From Candidatus Poribacteria bacterium (GTDB taxonomy: Bacteria > Poribacteria > WGA-4E > WGA-3G), in contig OZ240248.1 of the NCBI GenBank assembly GCA_965198235.1, forward strand, positions 448,001-512,000: DNA of 64,000 nucleotides, written 5' to 3'. The translations under genes and the position numbers were made by a program. Numbering within the stretch: position 1 is the first letter of the stretch; every line of letters starts with the position of its first letter. Of this stretch, positions 1-8,750 are shown in pieces. The notes under the pieces are model-generated. The model searched no databases. It saw only the letters and a list, made by a program, of their open reading frames with translations, and was not told where the DNA came from.

Positions 1-1067
1 CCAGCGGGTGTATCGGCGACAAGTAATTCTTCACCGATATCTGCCTCTAACCCCATTGCGCCGACGGAGGTTGTGACGACTGGTACCCCCATTGCCATTG
101 CCTCTAAGTTTTTTGTTTGTATGCCTGACCCGGCACGTAAAGGGGCAACAAAAACAGATGCCTTTTCAAAATAGGGACGGACATCCGGGACATAACCCGT
201 GACGACTACACCGTCCTGTGTTTCAAGCCGCTTTACCTGATCCGATGGATGGTTGCCTACTATATAAAACTGCGCGTTCGGATGATTTTCTCGGATACGT
301 GGAAAAATCTCATTACAAAAATAGATCGCAGCATCCGAGTTCGGAAAATAGTTCATCGTTCCGGTAAAGAGCATCAGCGGTGAGGACTGCGCTATCGGCT
401 TGGGTTGAAAATACCCGAGATCGACCCCCATTGGAACTATCAACAGATTTAGAGTGTCGTCCTGCTTCAGGAGATAGTCTCGATCGAAGCGTGCGACAAC
501 AGTGCCACAGTCAAAAGCCTTCATAATGTTGACTTCGTAACGCCGTACCCGCTTTTCTTCTAATTTTACCAAAAAACGCTTTGGAGTGCAATCTAATTTA
601 ATTTTCGCAAGCCAAGGATTGCTTTCAAGTTCGGCGCGGCGGCTGAGATTCAGTGCCAATGAATCACACAAATCTAAGACTTTGGTGGGACCTTGGACTT
701 CTGTCACGTATTGTCCCATTCGAAATAGTTGTGCGTGAATCAGTTCAAAGTCCTCTTGTTCGAGGAGTTGGTTAATTTTCCGTTGCATCTGGGGTGCGTA
801 CCAGTAATGCAGCTGAAGGGGACGACGCGATAAGCAGTGGATCCCTGTATTCATGAAGGCAAAAGAACGATGGAAACGGACCCACTCTACGCGTTCACAA
901 AAAGGTTCTAAATGCTTCGCGGATTCAATATCGCTTTCAGACTCAGCAAAGTAAACGAGGGTTACGGCATGTTGTTTCGAAAGCTGCTTGATAAAATTGT
1001 AAGACCGGATCCGATCGCCTCGATGCGGTGGATACGGACACCGGAGGCTTAAAAATAGAATTTTCAT
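1..1067 (-). CDS. Glycosyltransferase family 4 (partial, runs off window start)
   Basis: Manual translation from ATG at 1067: MKILFLSLRCPYPPHRGDRIRSYNFIKQLSK...; later LFTGTMNYFPNSDA and VAPLRAGSGIQTKNLEAMAMGVPVVTT, typical GT4 motifs. Confidence 0.9.
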   Translation of the reverse strand, partial: MKILFLSLRCPYPPHRGDRIRSYNFIKQLSKQHAVTLVYFAESESDIESAKHLEPFCERVEWVRFHRSFAFMNTGIHCLSRRPLQLHYWYAPQMQRKINQLLEQEDFELIHAQLFRMGQYVTEVQGPTKVLDLCDSLALNLSRRAELESNPWLAKIKLDCTPKRFLVKLEEKRVRRYEVNIMKAFDCGTVVARFDRDYLLKQDDTLNLLIVPMGVDLGYFQPKPIAQSSPLMLFTGTMNYFPNSDAAIYFCNEIFPRIRENHPNAQFYIVGNHPSDQVKRLETQDGVVVTGYVPDVRPYFEKASVFVAPLRAGSGIQTKNLEAMAMGVPVVTTSVGAMGLEADIGEELLVADTPA

Positions 1068-1194
1068 TCTTTTTTTTTATTATTGGCCTTCGCGCTGCCC
1101 TCCATTACATTTCGGGCAGGTTTCTGATTATCCCAACTACCTTAACCTGAAACCCTCGTAAAACGTAATGGAACAAGGAGCGAAGGTCAATTGT

Positions 1195-1392
1195 TTAAAG
1201 TCCGTCGGGCAATTCCGCTTCATCGATCAGCATTACTGGGATGCCTTCACGGATCGGATAGCGACGCTGACACTCGCCGACACACACCAGTTTCTGTGCT
1301 GCTTCATCGTGTTCTATCTCACCTTTACATGCTGGACATGCGAGAATGTCAAGTAGCGTTTTTGAGAGTGTATATGCGTTTTCCGAGTTCAA
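1195..1392 (-). CDS. Trm112/YcaR-like small zinc-ribbon protein
   Basis: LLDILACPACKG...C...C.RRYPIREGIPVMLIDEA signature; probable TTG start at 1392; the longer ORF start lies in a repeat element. Confidence 0.88.
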   Translation of the reverse strand: MNSENAYTLSKTLLDILACPACKGEIEHDEAAQKLVCVGECQRRYPIREGIPVMLIDEAELPDGL

Positions 1393-1410
1393 ACTTTTAA
1401 TTATTCCTTG

Positions 1411-1645
1411 CGGTTCGGTGAGGTAGGTTGAATGACCAACGATCCTCTCCGTAGATCCGCCCTCCATTTCATTACGGGCTACAACTTTGAACCTTAATCG
1501 ATTGACACAACTCTACGGTTCGGTGAGGTAGGTTGAATGACCAACGATCCTCTCCGTAGATCTGAAGAAACACCCAAGCAAAAACCCCTCCATTTCATTA
1601 CAGGCTACAACTTTGAACCTTAATCGATTGACACAACTCTACGGT
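1411..1645. repeat. Tandem duplication of a 105-bp REP/MITE-like unit; second copy (1516-1641) carries a 23-nt insert
   Basis: CGGTTCGGTGAGGTAGGTTG...CAACTCTA repeated at 1411 and 1516; related inverted copy at 28571-28647. Confidence 0.95.
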
Positions 1646-4466
1646 GTGAAGTCTTAGCCACCGTGGCATCTCTTATATTTCTTGCCGCTCTCTTATATTT
1701 CTTGCCGCTTCCACAAGGACAGGGTGCGTTTCTACCGACCTTAGGCGTGTTCCCCATTGCCTGTTGTGAAGCAAATTCGGCATCATCGCTGGTTGCGGCT
1801 GCGGTGCTGCCTTGAGGGTGCCTCGGCTGTGGTCTACGCTGTCTACCCGTTCGCCGACTGGGGACTCTGCGCGGTGCCTCGGTATTGACGCGAGATTTGA
1901 AGATGAACTCACTGACCTGCTCTTCAATCTGTTGATACATACTTTCAAAGACAGAGAGTGCTTCGTTTTTGAAAACGACGATCGGGTCTTTGCCGCCGTA
2001 TCCTGCGCCGAACCGAATACCTTCCTCAATATAGTCGATGTTATGGAGGTGTTCTTTCCAGTGGTCATCAATTCTATCCAAAAGGAGTAAGCGTTCGAGG
2101 ACGCGCATCATCTCTGGACCCATTTCGGCTTCGCGTTCTTCATAAGCGGCACGCAACGTCTCTAACGTCTGTTCTTGAACTTCCTCTGGACTTGCCTGTG
2201 CCAAGGGCGTTTTCCAAAGTGGCTCGATTGGGAATGTGGTCGTCAACCACTGCTGAAACCTGTCGGGGGTTTCAAGGGGACTTCCTGCTTTTTCTCCCAT
2301 ATTGTCCTCAATTGCATCTCTGACGACCCTCTCAATCATCCCCCAAATTGTCGTTTTCAGGGAGGCAGGAGTTTTAGTGTCCTTTTCAGCGAGTGCGGCG
2401 AGTCCACCATCTTCTGCTGTACCCTCGTGTTCTGGTAATTCGACGACATCTGTGGCGGAAGCGAGGACGGTGTCACGCAAGGTGTAGATGGTGTCGCGCT
2501 GTGTATCCATAACATCATCAAACTTGAGGAGATTTTTGCGGATTTCAAAGTACATCTGTTCAACACGCGTCTGTGCTTTCTCAATGGATTTGGTGACCCA
2601 CGGGTGTTCTAATGGGACATCATCATCCATTCCGACGCGTGTCATTAACCCTTGTAAACGTTCAGAACCGAATTTTCGCATCAATTCGTCTTCAAGGGAG
2701 AGGTAGAATCGAGATGAGCCTGGATCTCCTTGTCTACCGGAGCGTCCACGGAGTTGGTTATCAATACGTCGGGACTCGTGGCGTTCAGTGCCGATAATAT
2801 GGAGACCGCCGGCGGTTAATACCTTCTCTTTGTTTTTGTCGCAAATGGCTTGCGCTTCTGCAAGAGCTGCCTGAAATTCTTCGGACTCCGGGGACAGTGC
2901 CTCTGTCTTCGCTTTCTGTTTCCGCAGCGTTTCGATTGCCATACCTTCGGGGTTACCGCCAAGGAGAATGTCTACACCTCTACCTGCCATATTCGTTGCG
3001 ATTGTTACCGCACCGGGGACACCTGCTTGCGCGATGATATCGGCTTCGCGCGTGTGTTCCTTAGCGTTCAAAACCTGATGTCGGATTTTTCGGTGTTTGG
3101 TTCTGAGCATTTTGCTCAATTTCTCGGAATTTTCAATCGAAATAGTGCCGACAAGGACTGGACATCCCATTTCGGTCTGTTCGACGATATCTTGTAAGAC
3201 GGCGTTGTATTTTGCGTCCTCGGTACTGTAAATTTGGTCGGGATGGTCCATCCGGATCATAGGTTCGTTGGTAGGGATGACAGAGACCTCTAATCCGTAG
3301 ATGTGTGCGAATTCGTTCGCTTCAGTCGCGGCGGTACCCGTCATACCTGCAAGTTTGTCGTACATGCGGAAGTAATTTTGGTAGGTAATCTTAGCACCGG
3401 TTTCACTTTCCTCGACGACTTTAACACGTTCCTTTGCCTCGATTGCTTGATGGAGTCCTTCGCTGAGCCGTCTTCCGATCTGCTTTCGTCCTGTGAATTC
3501 GTCAACGAGAAGGACTTCGCCGTTTTCGACGAGATAATCGACATCGCTTTTATAGAGATGGTGCGCAGTGAGTGCTTGATTGACGTGATGCACCATAGCG
3601 ATGTTGGTATGTTCATAGAGGTTCCCCACGCCGAGACGACGTTCGACTTCCTCAACGCCTTCATCGGTAAGGGTTACACTGCCTCGCGATTTCCCCTCTT
3701 GGTCGATTTGGAAGTGTTCGCTTTCTCGGAGCTGTGCGACGACGCTGTTAATTTGCCTGTAGAGATCAGGGGGTTTACCGGAGGGTTCTGAGATGATGAG
3801 CGGCGTTCGGGATTCATCAATGAGGATGCTGTCAACTTCGTCAAGGATGGCGTAGACATGCCCGCGCTGTACTTTATCTTCAATTGAGAGTGATTTGTTG
3901 TCCCAGAGGTAATCGAATCCAAATTCGCTGTGAACGCCGTAAATGATGTCTGCCTTGTATCCGAGCCTTTTCTGTTCCTTCGGCATTAAGCTGAGCGTCA
4001 ATCCAACAGAGAGTCCGAGGAAGTTGTAAATCTTGCCCATCCATTCGGCATCACGGCGTGCGAGATAGTCATTGACGGTAGCGAGATGCACCCCTTTTCC
4101 AGTCAATGCGTTTAGATAGATGGCGAGGGTTGAGGTGAGCGTTTTGCCTTCACCTGTTCGCATCTCTGCGATGGTACCTTGGTGGAGCGCGATGCCTCCC
4201 ATAATTTGGACATCGTAGTGTCGCTGTTTTAAGGTTCGCACGGCGGCTTCACGGACGACAGCGAAAGCATCAGGTAAGAGATCATCAAGCGATGCACCGG
4301 CATCCAGCTGTCGACGAAATTCGGGGGTTTTGGATTGCAGTTGTGCGTCGGTGAGTTTTTTGTTTTCAGGTTCGCGCTGGTTGACAGCTTCGACGATGTC
4401 ACGAAACTTTTTGACATCGCGGTCCTCTTTACTACCGAAGACTTTAGTTATCATTTTTTGGAACAT
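1620..4466 (-). CDS. secA: Protein translocase subunit SecA (last residues frameshifted by a 20-bp duplication)
   Basis: MRTGEGKT, DEVDSILIDESRTPLIIS, TNMAGRGVDI, RGRSGRQGDPG and KVGRNAPCPCGSGKKYK motifs. Confidence 0.98.
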   Translation of the reverse strand: MFQKMITKVFGSKEDRDVKKFRDIVEAVNQREPENKKLTDAQLQSKTPEFRRQLDAGASLDDLLPDAFAVVREAAVRTLKQRHYDVQIMGGIALHQGTIAEMRTGEGKTLTSTLAIYLNALTGKGVHLATVNDYLARRDAEWMGKIYNFLGLSVGLTLSLMPKEQKRLGYKADIIYGVHSEFGFDYLWDNKSLSIEDKVQRGHVYAILDEVDSILIDESRTPLIISEPSGKPPDLYRQINSVVAQLRESEHFQIDQEGKSRGSVTLTDEGVEEVERRLGVGNLYEHTNIAMVHHVNQALTAHHLYKSDVDYLVENGEVLLVDEFTGRKQIGRRLSEGLHQAIEAKERVKVVEESETGAKITYQNYFRMYDKLAGMTGTAATEANEFAHIYGLEVSVIPTNEPMIRMDHPDQIYSTEDAKYNAVLQDIVEQTEMGCPVLVGTISIENSEKLSKMLRTKHRKIRHQVLNAKEHTREADIIAQAGVPGAVTIATNMAGRGVDILLGGNPEGMAIETLRKQKAKTEALSPESEEFQAALAEAQAICDKNKEKVLTAGGLHIIGTERHESRRIDNQLRGRSGRQGDPGSSRFYLSLEDELMRKFGSERLQGLMTRVGMDDDVPLEHPWVTKSIEKAQTRVEQMYFEIRKNLLKFDDVMDTQRDTIYTLRDTVLASATDVVELPEHEGTAEDGGLAALAEKDTKTPASLKTTIWGMIERVVRDAIEDNMGEKAGSPLETPDRFQQWLTTTFPIEPLWKTPLAQASPEEVQEQTLETLRAAYEEREAEMGPEMMRVLERLLLLDRIDDHWKEHLHNIDYIEEGIRFGAGYGGKDPIVVFKNEALSVFESMYQQIEEQVSEFIFKSRVNTEAPRRVPSRRTGRQRRPQPRHPQGSTAAATSDDAEFASQQAMGNTPKVGRNAPCPCGSGKKYKRAARNIRDATVAKTSHRRVVSID

Positions 4467-4543
4467 TTTTTTACCTATTTGCTCCTTGCCACCTTTCACG
4501 TTGTGAAAGGTGGTATATCTCTAAGTCATGATGGACTTGGTAT

Positions 4544-5671
4544 TTATGCCTCGTTCGTTCCCGTCAATTGCGAGCCGAGTGGCTCTAACAAATTTTGTCC
4601 GTCGAGTTTCTTTCGCACTATCGTATAAATTACCGTGTTTCCGGCGGAGGCGATTGAAAACAGGTATGCAATTACCAACCCTGCACCCATGAGGAGTGTG
4701 ATCGTCAGAAAGATAGCGGTCACTGGAGTCGTAACCGTCGCTATCCCTGTCAGTGTCGGCATTTGATCACTTGTACCGGTGTTGAAGACCCCAAGATTAT
4801 TAATATAGGGCAATGTCGCTATCTTTTCGACAGCTCCGCCGAGCCATAAGTTCGCGTAGCCCATGAATTGCTGCATCGCTTCGGTGTGGAAGAGGCGCGT
4901 CGGGAGCATCACGATTGAAAAACCTGCGAGGCAAAAGAATGCCCAAATGGGCACGAAAATCAATTTGATAAGGAGCAACATCGCCTCATAACACACTAAC
5001 AGCCAAGGTTTGTTCCAAATGATTGCGAATTGCTGATAAATTATTTCAAATGCATCGGCACCTGTCGTTGCGGCAACGGCTGGCACAAAGAGCAAACTGG
5101 CACTGAAAACGATCGCCATGAACGCCATCAGAAGACCGAGGAAAAATCCTATCGGCATGAGCAGTGAGGTGAGCATGAGGAACGGTTTTCCCACTGCTGG
5201 TAACTTCGCGATCCCCGCGATGCCGATAGGGACTATCGCGAGAAATATCTGGATGAGAAGTAAGCCGATGAATGCACCCAAAACGGATTTCCAATGTCCC
5301 TTGAGGAAGGTTAAGGCATCCCCGACCGAAAAGAAGAAATCCCCACGGAGCTGCTCGATGGTGATTTTGGAAGCCACGGTGCTTGCCAAGAAGAAGATGC
5401 ACGCGAAACTGACCATTCCTATCCACATTGCGATTTCAGTTGTCTGCGTAAGTCCTGCATCACCGAAGGGAGGTAGCGGTAGGAGTGCATACTTGTTCCA
5501 AAAGTCCTGCACGCCGGTGCCTCCTACAATGACGAGGCTGAGATATACCAAAGTTTCGTAAATTAAATATGCGAGAACGAGTCCGATGAAATGAACTGCG
5601 ATCTTTCGTCCACTGAATCCGTAGCGGATAACTTGGAAAATATCTCTGAAATCGAAGTAGCGTTTTTTCAT
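4544..5671 (-). CDS. Multi-pass membrane protein, unknown function
   Basis: 375-aa ORF with about 6-7 hydrophobic segments; upstream TTGACA-N18-TATCAT on the minus strand. Confidence 0.75.
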   Translation of the reverse strand: MKKRYFDFRDIFQVIRYGFSGRKIAVHFIGLVLAYLIYETLVYLSLVIVGGTGVQDFWNKYALLPLPPFGDAGLTQTTEIAMWIGMVSFACIFFLASTVASKITIEQLRGDFFFSVGDALTFLKGHWKSVLGAFIGLLLIQIFLAIVPIGIAGIAKLPAVGKPFLMLTSLLMPIGFFLGLLMAFMAIVFSASLLFVPAVAATTGADAFEIIYQQFAIIWNKPWLLVCYEAMLLLIKLIFVPIWAFFCLAGFSIVMLPTRLFHTEAMQQFMGYANLWLGGAVEKIATLPYINNLGVFNTGTSDQMPTLTGIATVTTPVTAIFLTITLLMGAGLVIAYLFSIASAGNTVIYTIVRKKLDGQNLLEPLGSQLTGTNEA

Positions 5672-5761
5672 GAAGGGGTTCTTCTGCTTTTTTGCGTGTT
5701 CTTGTATTTAATGATACGACAATTTGGGGTATTTTGTCAAGTGTTTCTCTGGTTGTTAGTT

Positions 5762-5866
5762 ATCAGAAGAATAGCAGTCAGCCATCAGCAGTCAGCAGAA
5801 TGGCAGTCAGCCATCAGGGTCAGTAAGAGTCGGGATTCGGATATCCCTCCTACCGTTAGCAATCAG
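5762..5866. repeat. Heptamer-repeat tract (GCAGTCA/GCCATCA) plus GTAG-type REP (5829-5853)
   Basis: Reverse strand GTAGGAGGGATATCCGAATCCCGAC; near-identical element at 7942-7996. Confidence 0.85.
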
Positions 5867-6573
5867 TGGGAGACGACTTTGGCGGTAACGGGGAGGGTCA
5901 GTGTTCGCTCGTTAGGAAAAGCCACAGTGAGCAGCGAGGAAAAGAGTCCTCTGTCTTTCAGGGGACCGAGTTGGACTGTAATGAGAGAGGTAGCTGTTCC
6001 CAGATCGGGGGTTATCTCCCATGTGAGTGCTTCATGTCCCGATGGTAGAAGACGGATGTCCGATGTGCGGAGTGGGGCATTCACAGTGAGTTTGATGGTC
6101 TTTTGATGCATCGTTTCGGGTCGGATGTTCCCAAACTCGCAAACGTTCGGAGTGAGTGTCGCAAATCGTTTCGCTGTGGCGACAATTGTAAGATAAACAA
6201 TCGGGGTCTTAGGGCTGTCTGTGAAGATGGTGGCGGTTGCCGAGGTCTCGTCATCGGGCAGGATTTCTGGGTTGAGGACTATTTGGAACGTGCCTTCTGT
6301 ATCCGGTGGGATTACCTCTGGTCCTGTGATTTCGGCGTAACTGCACCCTGTGTGAACTCTTTGGATGTGGAGTGGATGTTTGCCTATGTTTCGTGCTGTT
6401 AGGGATCGTGTTACAGGTCCTTCCCATTCCGGGAGCGTTCCGAAGTGAACCTGTTGCTGCGTCAGGACGAGTTCGGCTGGAGAGGCTTGCCGGTTGTTGA
6501 TGAGGAAAACAATAAGTCCAGAGACCAGCAGTATGGGAACGATGATGGTTGTGAGGATTGTGCGCTTGGACAT
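5863..6573 (-). CDS. DUF1573-type Ig-like domain protein with N-terminal membrane anchor
   Basis: FG.L...TARNIGKHPLHIQRVHTGCS...IPPDTEG pattern typical of DUF1573; N-terminal hydrophobic helix. Confidence 0.75.
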   Translation of the reverse strand: MSKRTILTTIIVPILLVSGLIVFLINNRQASPAELVLTQQQVHFGTLPEWEGPVTRSLTARNIGKHPLHIQRVHTGCSYAEITGPEVIPPDTEGTFQIVLNPEILPDDETSATATIFTDSPKTPIVYLTIVATAKRFATLTPNVCEFGNIRPETMHQKTIKLTVNAPLRTSDIRLLPSGHEALTWEITPDLGTATSLITVQLGPLKDRGLFSSLLTVAFPNERTLTLPVTAKVVSH

Positions 6574-6642
6574 AATTTGGCCTCGTCCTTTTGATGTATG
6601 ATAATATATTTAATCTGAAGATGCAAATTTATTTTTTATTTC

Positions 6643-6912
6643 GGAAACCTCGTCAGCGGCAGGACGCAGGGAAGAGGCGAGGTTGGGGAACCTCGCCAGC
6701 GGGGAGGTAGCGTGTTTTTTGTCTGAATCACGGACTGACGCGGATTACGCAGATTTCGCGGATTTTTTATTAGGCATCAGCGGCCGGTGATGGAATGTGC
6801 GGTGGTTGTCTGAACCAAGATTTACAGGATTTTCGGATTTGCAGGATTATAGAACTTTCTTGATTGAAAATTGTCCTTTATAGGATTACCTAAATATTTT
6901 ATTAAACTTCAT
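6643..6912. repeat. Cluster of small repeats: GCGAGGTT..AACCTCGCCAGC palindrome (6676-6700) and two GTCTGAA-led 9-mer (GGATT-containing) tracts
   Basis: ggcgaggttggggaacctcgccagc; gtctgaatcacggactgacgcggattacgcagatttcgcggatt; gtctgaaccaagatttacaggattttcggatttgcaggatt. Confidence 0.75.
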
Positions 6913-6984
6913 CTGGAGTGCGACTAATCGTTCGTTGGGCGATTCAGGGATGGGAGCGGAGTGTCTGTGAGTTTTGGGTTTTGC

Positions 6985-7013
6985 TTGACTTTGGGTGCGT
7001 TATGTTCTATACT
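6985..7013 (+). promoter_or_regulatory. Sigma70-like promoter with no downstream plus-strand CDS
   Basis: TTGACT-N17-TATACT. Confidence 0.5.
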
Positions 7014-7023
7014 AATGTATAGT

Positions 7024-7183
7024 AGGACTTACGCAATTTTTCTATGAGCACCTCCGTATGACGCGCCGCTGGCGAGGTGTTTTTGCTGGGGGTTTTTGCT
7101 TGGGGTTTTTGCTTGGGTGTTTCTGTGGATTTCTGCGGATTTCCCCTAGAAACCTCGCCAGCAATGGATGTTGCGTAAGCCCT
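7024..7183. mobile_element. MITE-like element with AGGACTTACGCAA/TTGCGTAAGCCCT inverted ends, enclosing a REP palindrome that carries a stuttered insert
   Basis: 13-bp imperfect terminal inverted repeats; internal GCTGGCGAGGT...AAACCTCGCCAGC arms. Confidence 0.7.
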
Positions 7184-7229
7184 GTCAAGCATAAATGTAA
7201 CTCAAATTGACGGTTTGAAGTGGAGGAGG

Positions 7230-7931
7230 TTATCTCTGCTTGAGTTGTCCCCATATTAGGGTTAATCTTATCTCTGAAGAGACGTTCAGTCCGGAGATGG
7301 TGAAGGAATCCGCCCATGCCGCGCCGACCCATTCGTTTGCGATGTTAATACCTTCCATGACGAAACCGAGAATTTCAATCTTATCGAAGTTTGCATCTTG
7401 GAATGCTGTACGGAGTTCGCCGTCTGCGAACAGCACGAAATGCCCTGAATTAAATTGGAGTTCCACCTTTGTGAGGACATCCGTTTCCCAGCGGGTGCGC
7501 GGTTCTCTGGAGAGCCGAGTTCGGAAGGGGTGACTGCTCCCTTTACCGTCGAAACGCCTCGCTCTGATTTCATCTGGGAAAAACACGTAGAAGAACGGAT
7601 CCTCTTCCGGGGTGTCCGGAAAACGGCGTCCCACACAAAAACCGAAACGTGTTTTGTCGCCACCAAAGTCGTTTATCGTGATTGTGAAGTTTCTGTAGGG
7701 TGGTGGGAGCGCGGTGAATTGGTAGAGTTCGTATTGCACATCCCATTCCCGCTTGACTTCTGCGTGTAAGAACCCGTCGCTGATTTTCCAGATGGAATCG
7801 TTTCCGACGACTCGCCACGCTTCGGGTTTTTTCGCATCGAAATCGTCGTGCCAGATCTCGGCGGAGGTGGAAAGGGTGCAGCTAATGAGCGTATAAAGAA
7901 GTATGAGGAGTGTTGTGTTTATGTTTGGCAT
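7230..7931 (-). CDS. Secreted concanavalin/LamG-like beta-sandwich protein with C-terminal LT..WG.LK motif (paralog of 8846-9541)
   Basis: Signal peptide; WHDDF..W....W.I.DG.L start; ends RLTLIWGQLKQR; fold assignment is inference. Confidence 0.7.
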   Translation of the reverse strand: MPNINTTLLILLYTLISCTLSTSAEIWHDDFDAKKPEAWRVVGNDSIWKISDGFLHAEVKREWDVQYELYQFTALPPPYRNFTITINDFGGDKTRFGFCVGRRFPDTPEEDPFFYVFFPDEIRARRFDGKGSSHPFRTRLSREPRTRWETDVLTKVELQFNSGHFVLFADGELRTAFQDANFDKIEILGFVMEGINIANEWVGAAWADSFTISGLNVSSEIRLTLIWGQLKQR

Positions 7932-8006
7932 GGGATAGTTTTCAGCAATCAGCCGTCAGCAATCAGTAAGAGTCGGGATTCGGAGATCCCTCCTACAAGT
8001 TGACGT

Positions 8007-8750
8007 TTAGTTGATTTTTATGCAGTCGTACCACTGTTGTGTTTTCTTTCCTTTTCGACTCAAAATCCCAGGTTTGCGTTCGACTGGGGGACCGAAGTCC
8101 CTATCTTTCTGCTTCAAAACATTCCAGTCGGGTGGAAACCATGTTCTGAGGGTTTTGCAGTTGACCTCAACGGTTTCGCCCTCCCATCCGCCGATTTTGT
8201 AGTACATCGGGCAGACCCATCGTTCTGCGCCGCGGGCATACCGCCGCCAGCCGATGACGAAGGCTTGTGCTCGGATAATATTTCCGTCCCTCCAGTGTCG
8301 TTCGACTCCGCTCCACGGATAGCCCGTTGTTCCGCCTCCTATACTAATTTCATCCCATCCTAAATCGTCGCGGAGCGTAATATAGGAGAAGTTTGTGCCC
8401 CACGGCGTATCGTCTGTGCTGAAATACCACCGCTGCCCACGATACCAATGGAGCGCGCCTCGGATCCGTGAACGGGAAACCGCTGCGCTTTCGATGGTCT
8501 CTACGATGTCGAATCGACCCCTATTGTTATAGGGGTTATGAACACCGGCACAGAGCGTGAGCGAGTTGATTTCAGGTCCGAACCACGTGCCGTTTGAACC
8601 GGGAGTTCTATAATAAAACCCCGAATTCGCGGGTTGGGCGCGTTCCGCAGGGTTCAGCCTTGCTCTGGCGTAGGTGGTCCAAAACGCGATGACGAGAACC
8701 ACTACGAGTAGAAATATATCAAAAATCAGATCCAAGTTTTTTCGTAACAT
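8007..8750 (-). CDS. Secreted/anchored Trp-Gly-rich hypothetical protein (paralog of 9614-10375)
   Basis: N-terminal hydrophobic helix; shares YYRTPG, WFGPEI, DTPWGT, TTG.PWSG.E.HWR.G and WYDC with paralog. Confidence 0.75.
   Translation of the reverse strand: MLRKNLDLIFDIFLLVVVLVIAFWTTYARARLNPAERAQPANSGFYYRTPGSNGTWFGPEINSLTLCAGVHNPYNNRGRFDIVETIESAAVSRSRIRGALHWYRGQRWYFSTDDTPWGTNFSYITLRDDLGWDEISIGGGTTGYPWSGVERHWRDGNIIRAQAFVIGWRRYARGAERWVCPMYYKIGGWEGETVEVNCKTLRTWFPPDWNVLKQKDRDFGPPVERKPGILSRKGKKTQQWYDCIKIN

Noticed and set aside
1411-1645. Possible CRISPR array
   Set aside because: Only two 105-bp units with no unique spacers and no cas genes; it is a duplicated REP-like element.
6973-6997. 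GGGTTTTGCTTG resembling the insert motif
   Set aside because: Short partial match overlapping a -35 box; may be chance.
7007-7192. 61-aa ORF with PKQKP repeats (also ORFs over 47471-47803)
   Set aside because: Translation of the stuttered non-coding insert; no RBS or coding support.
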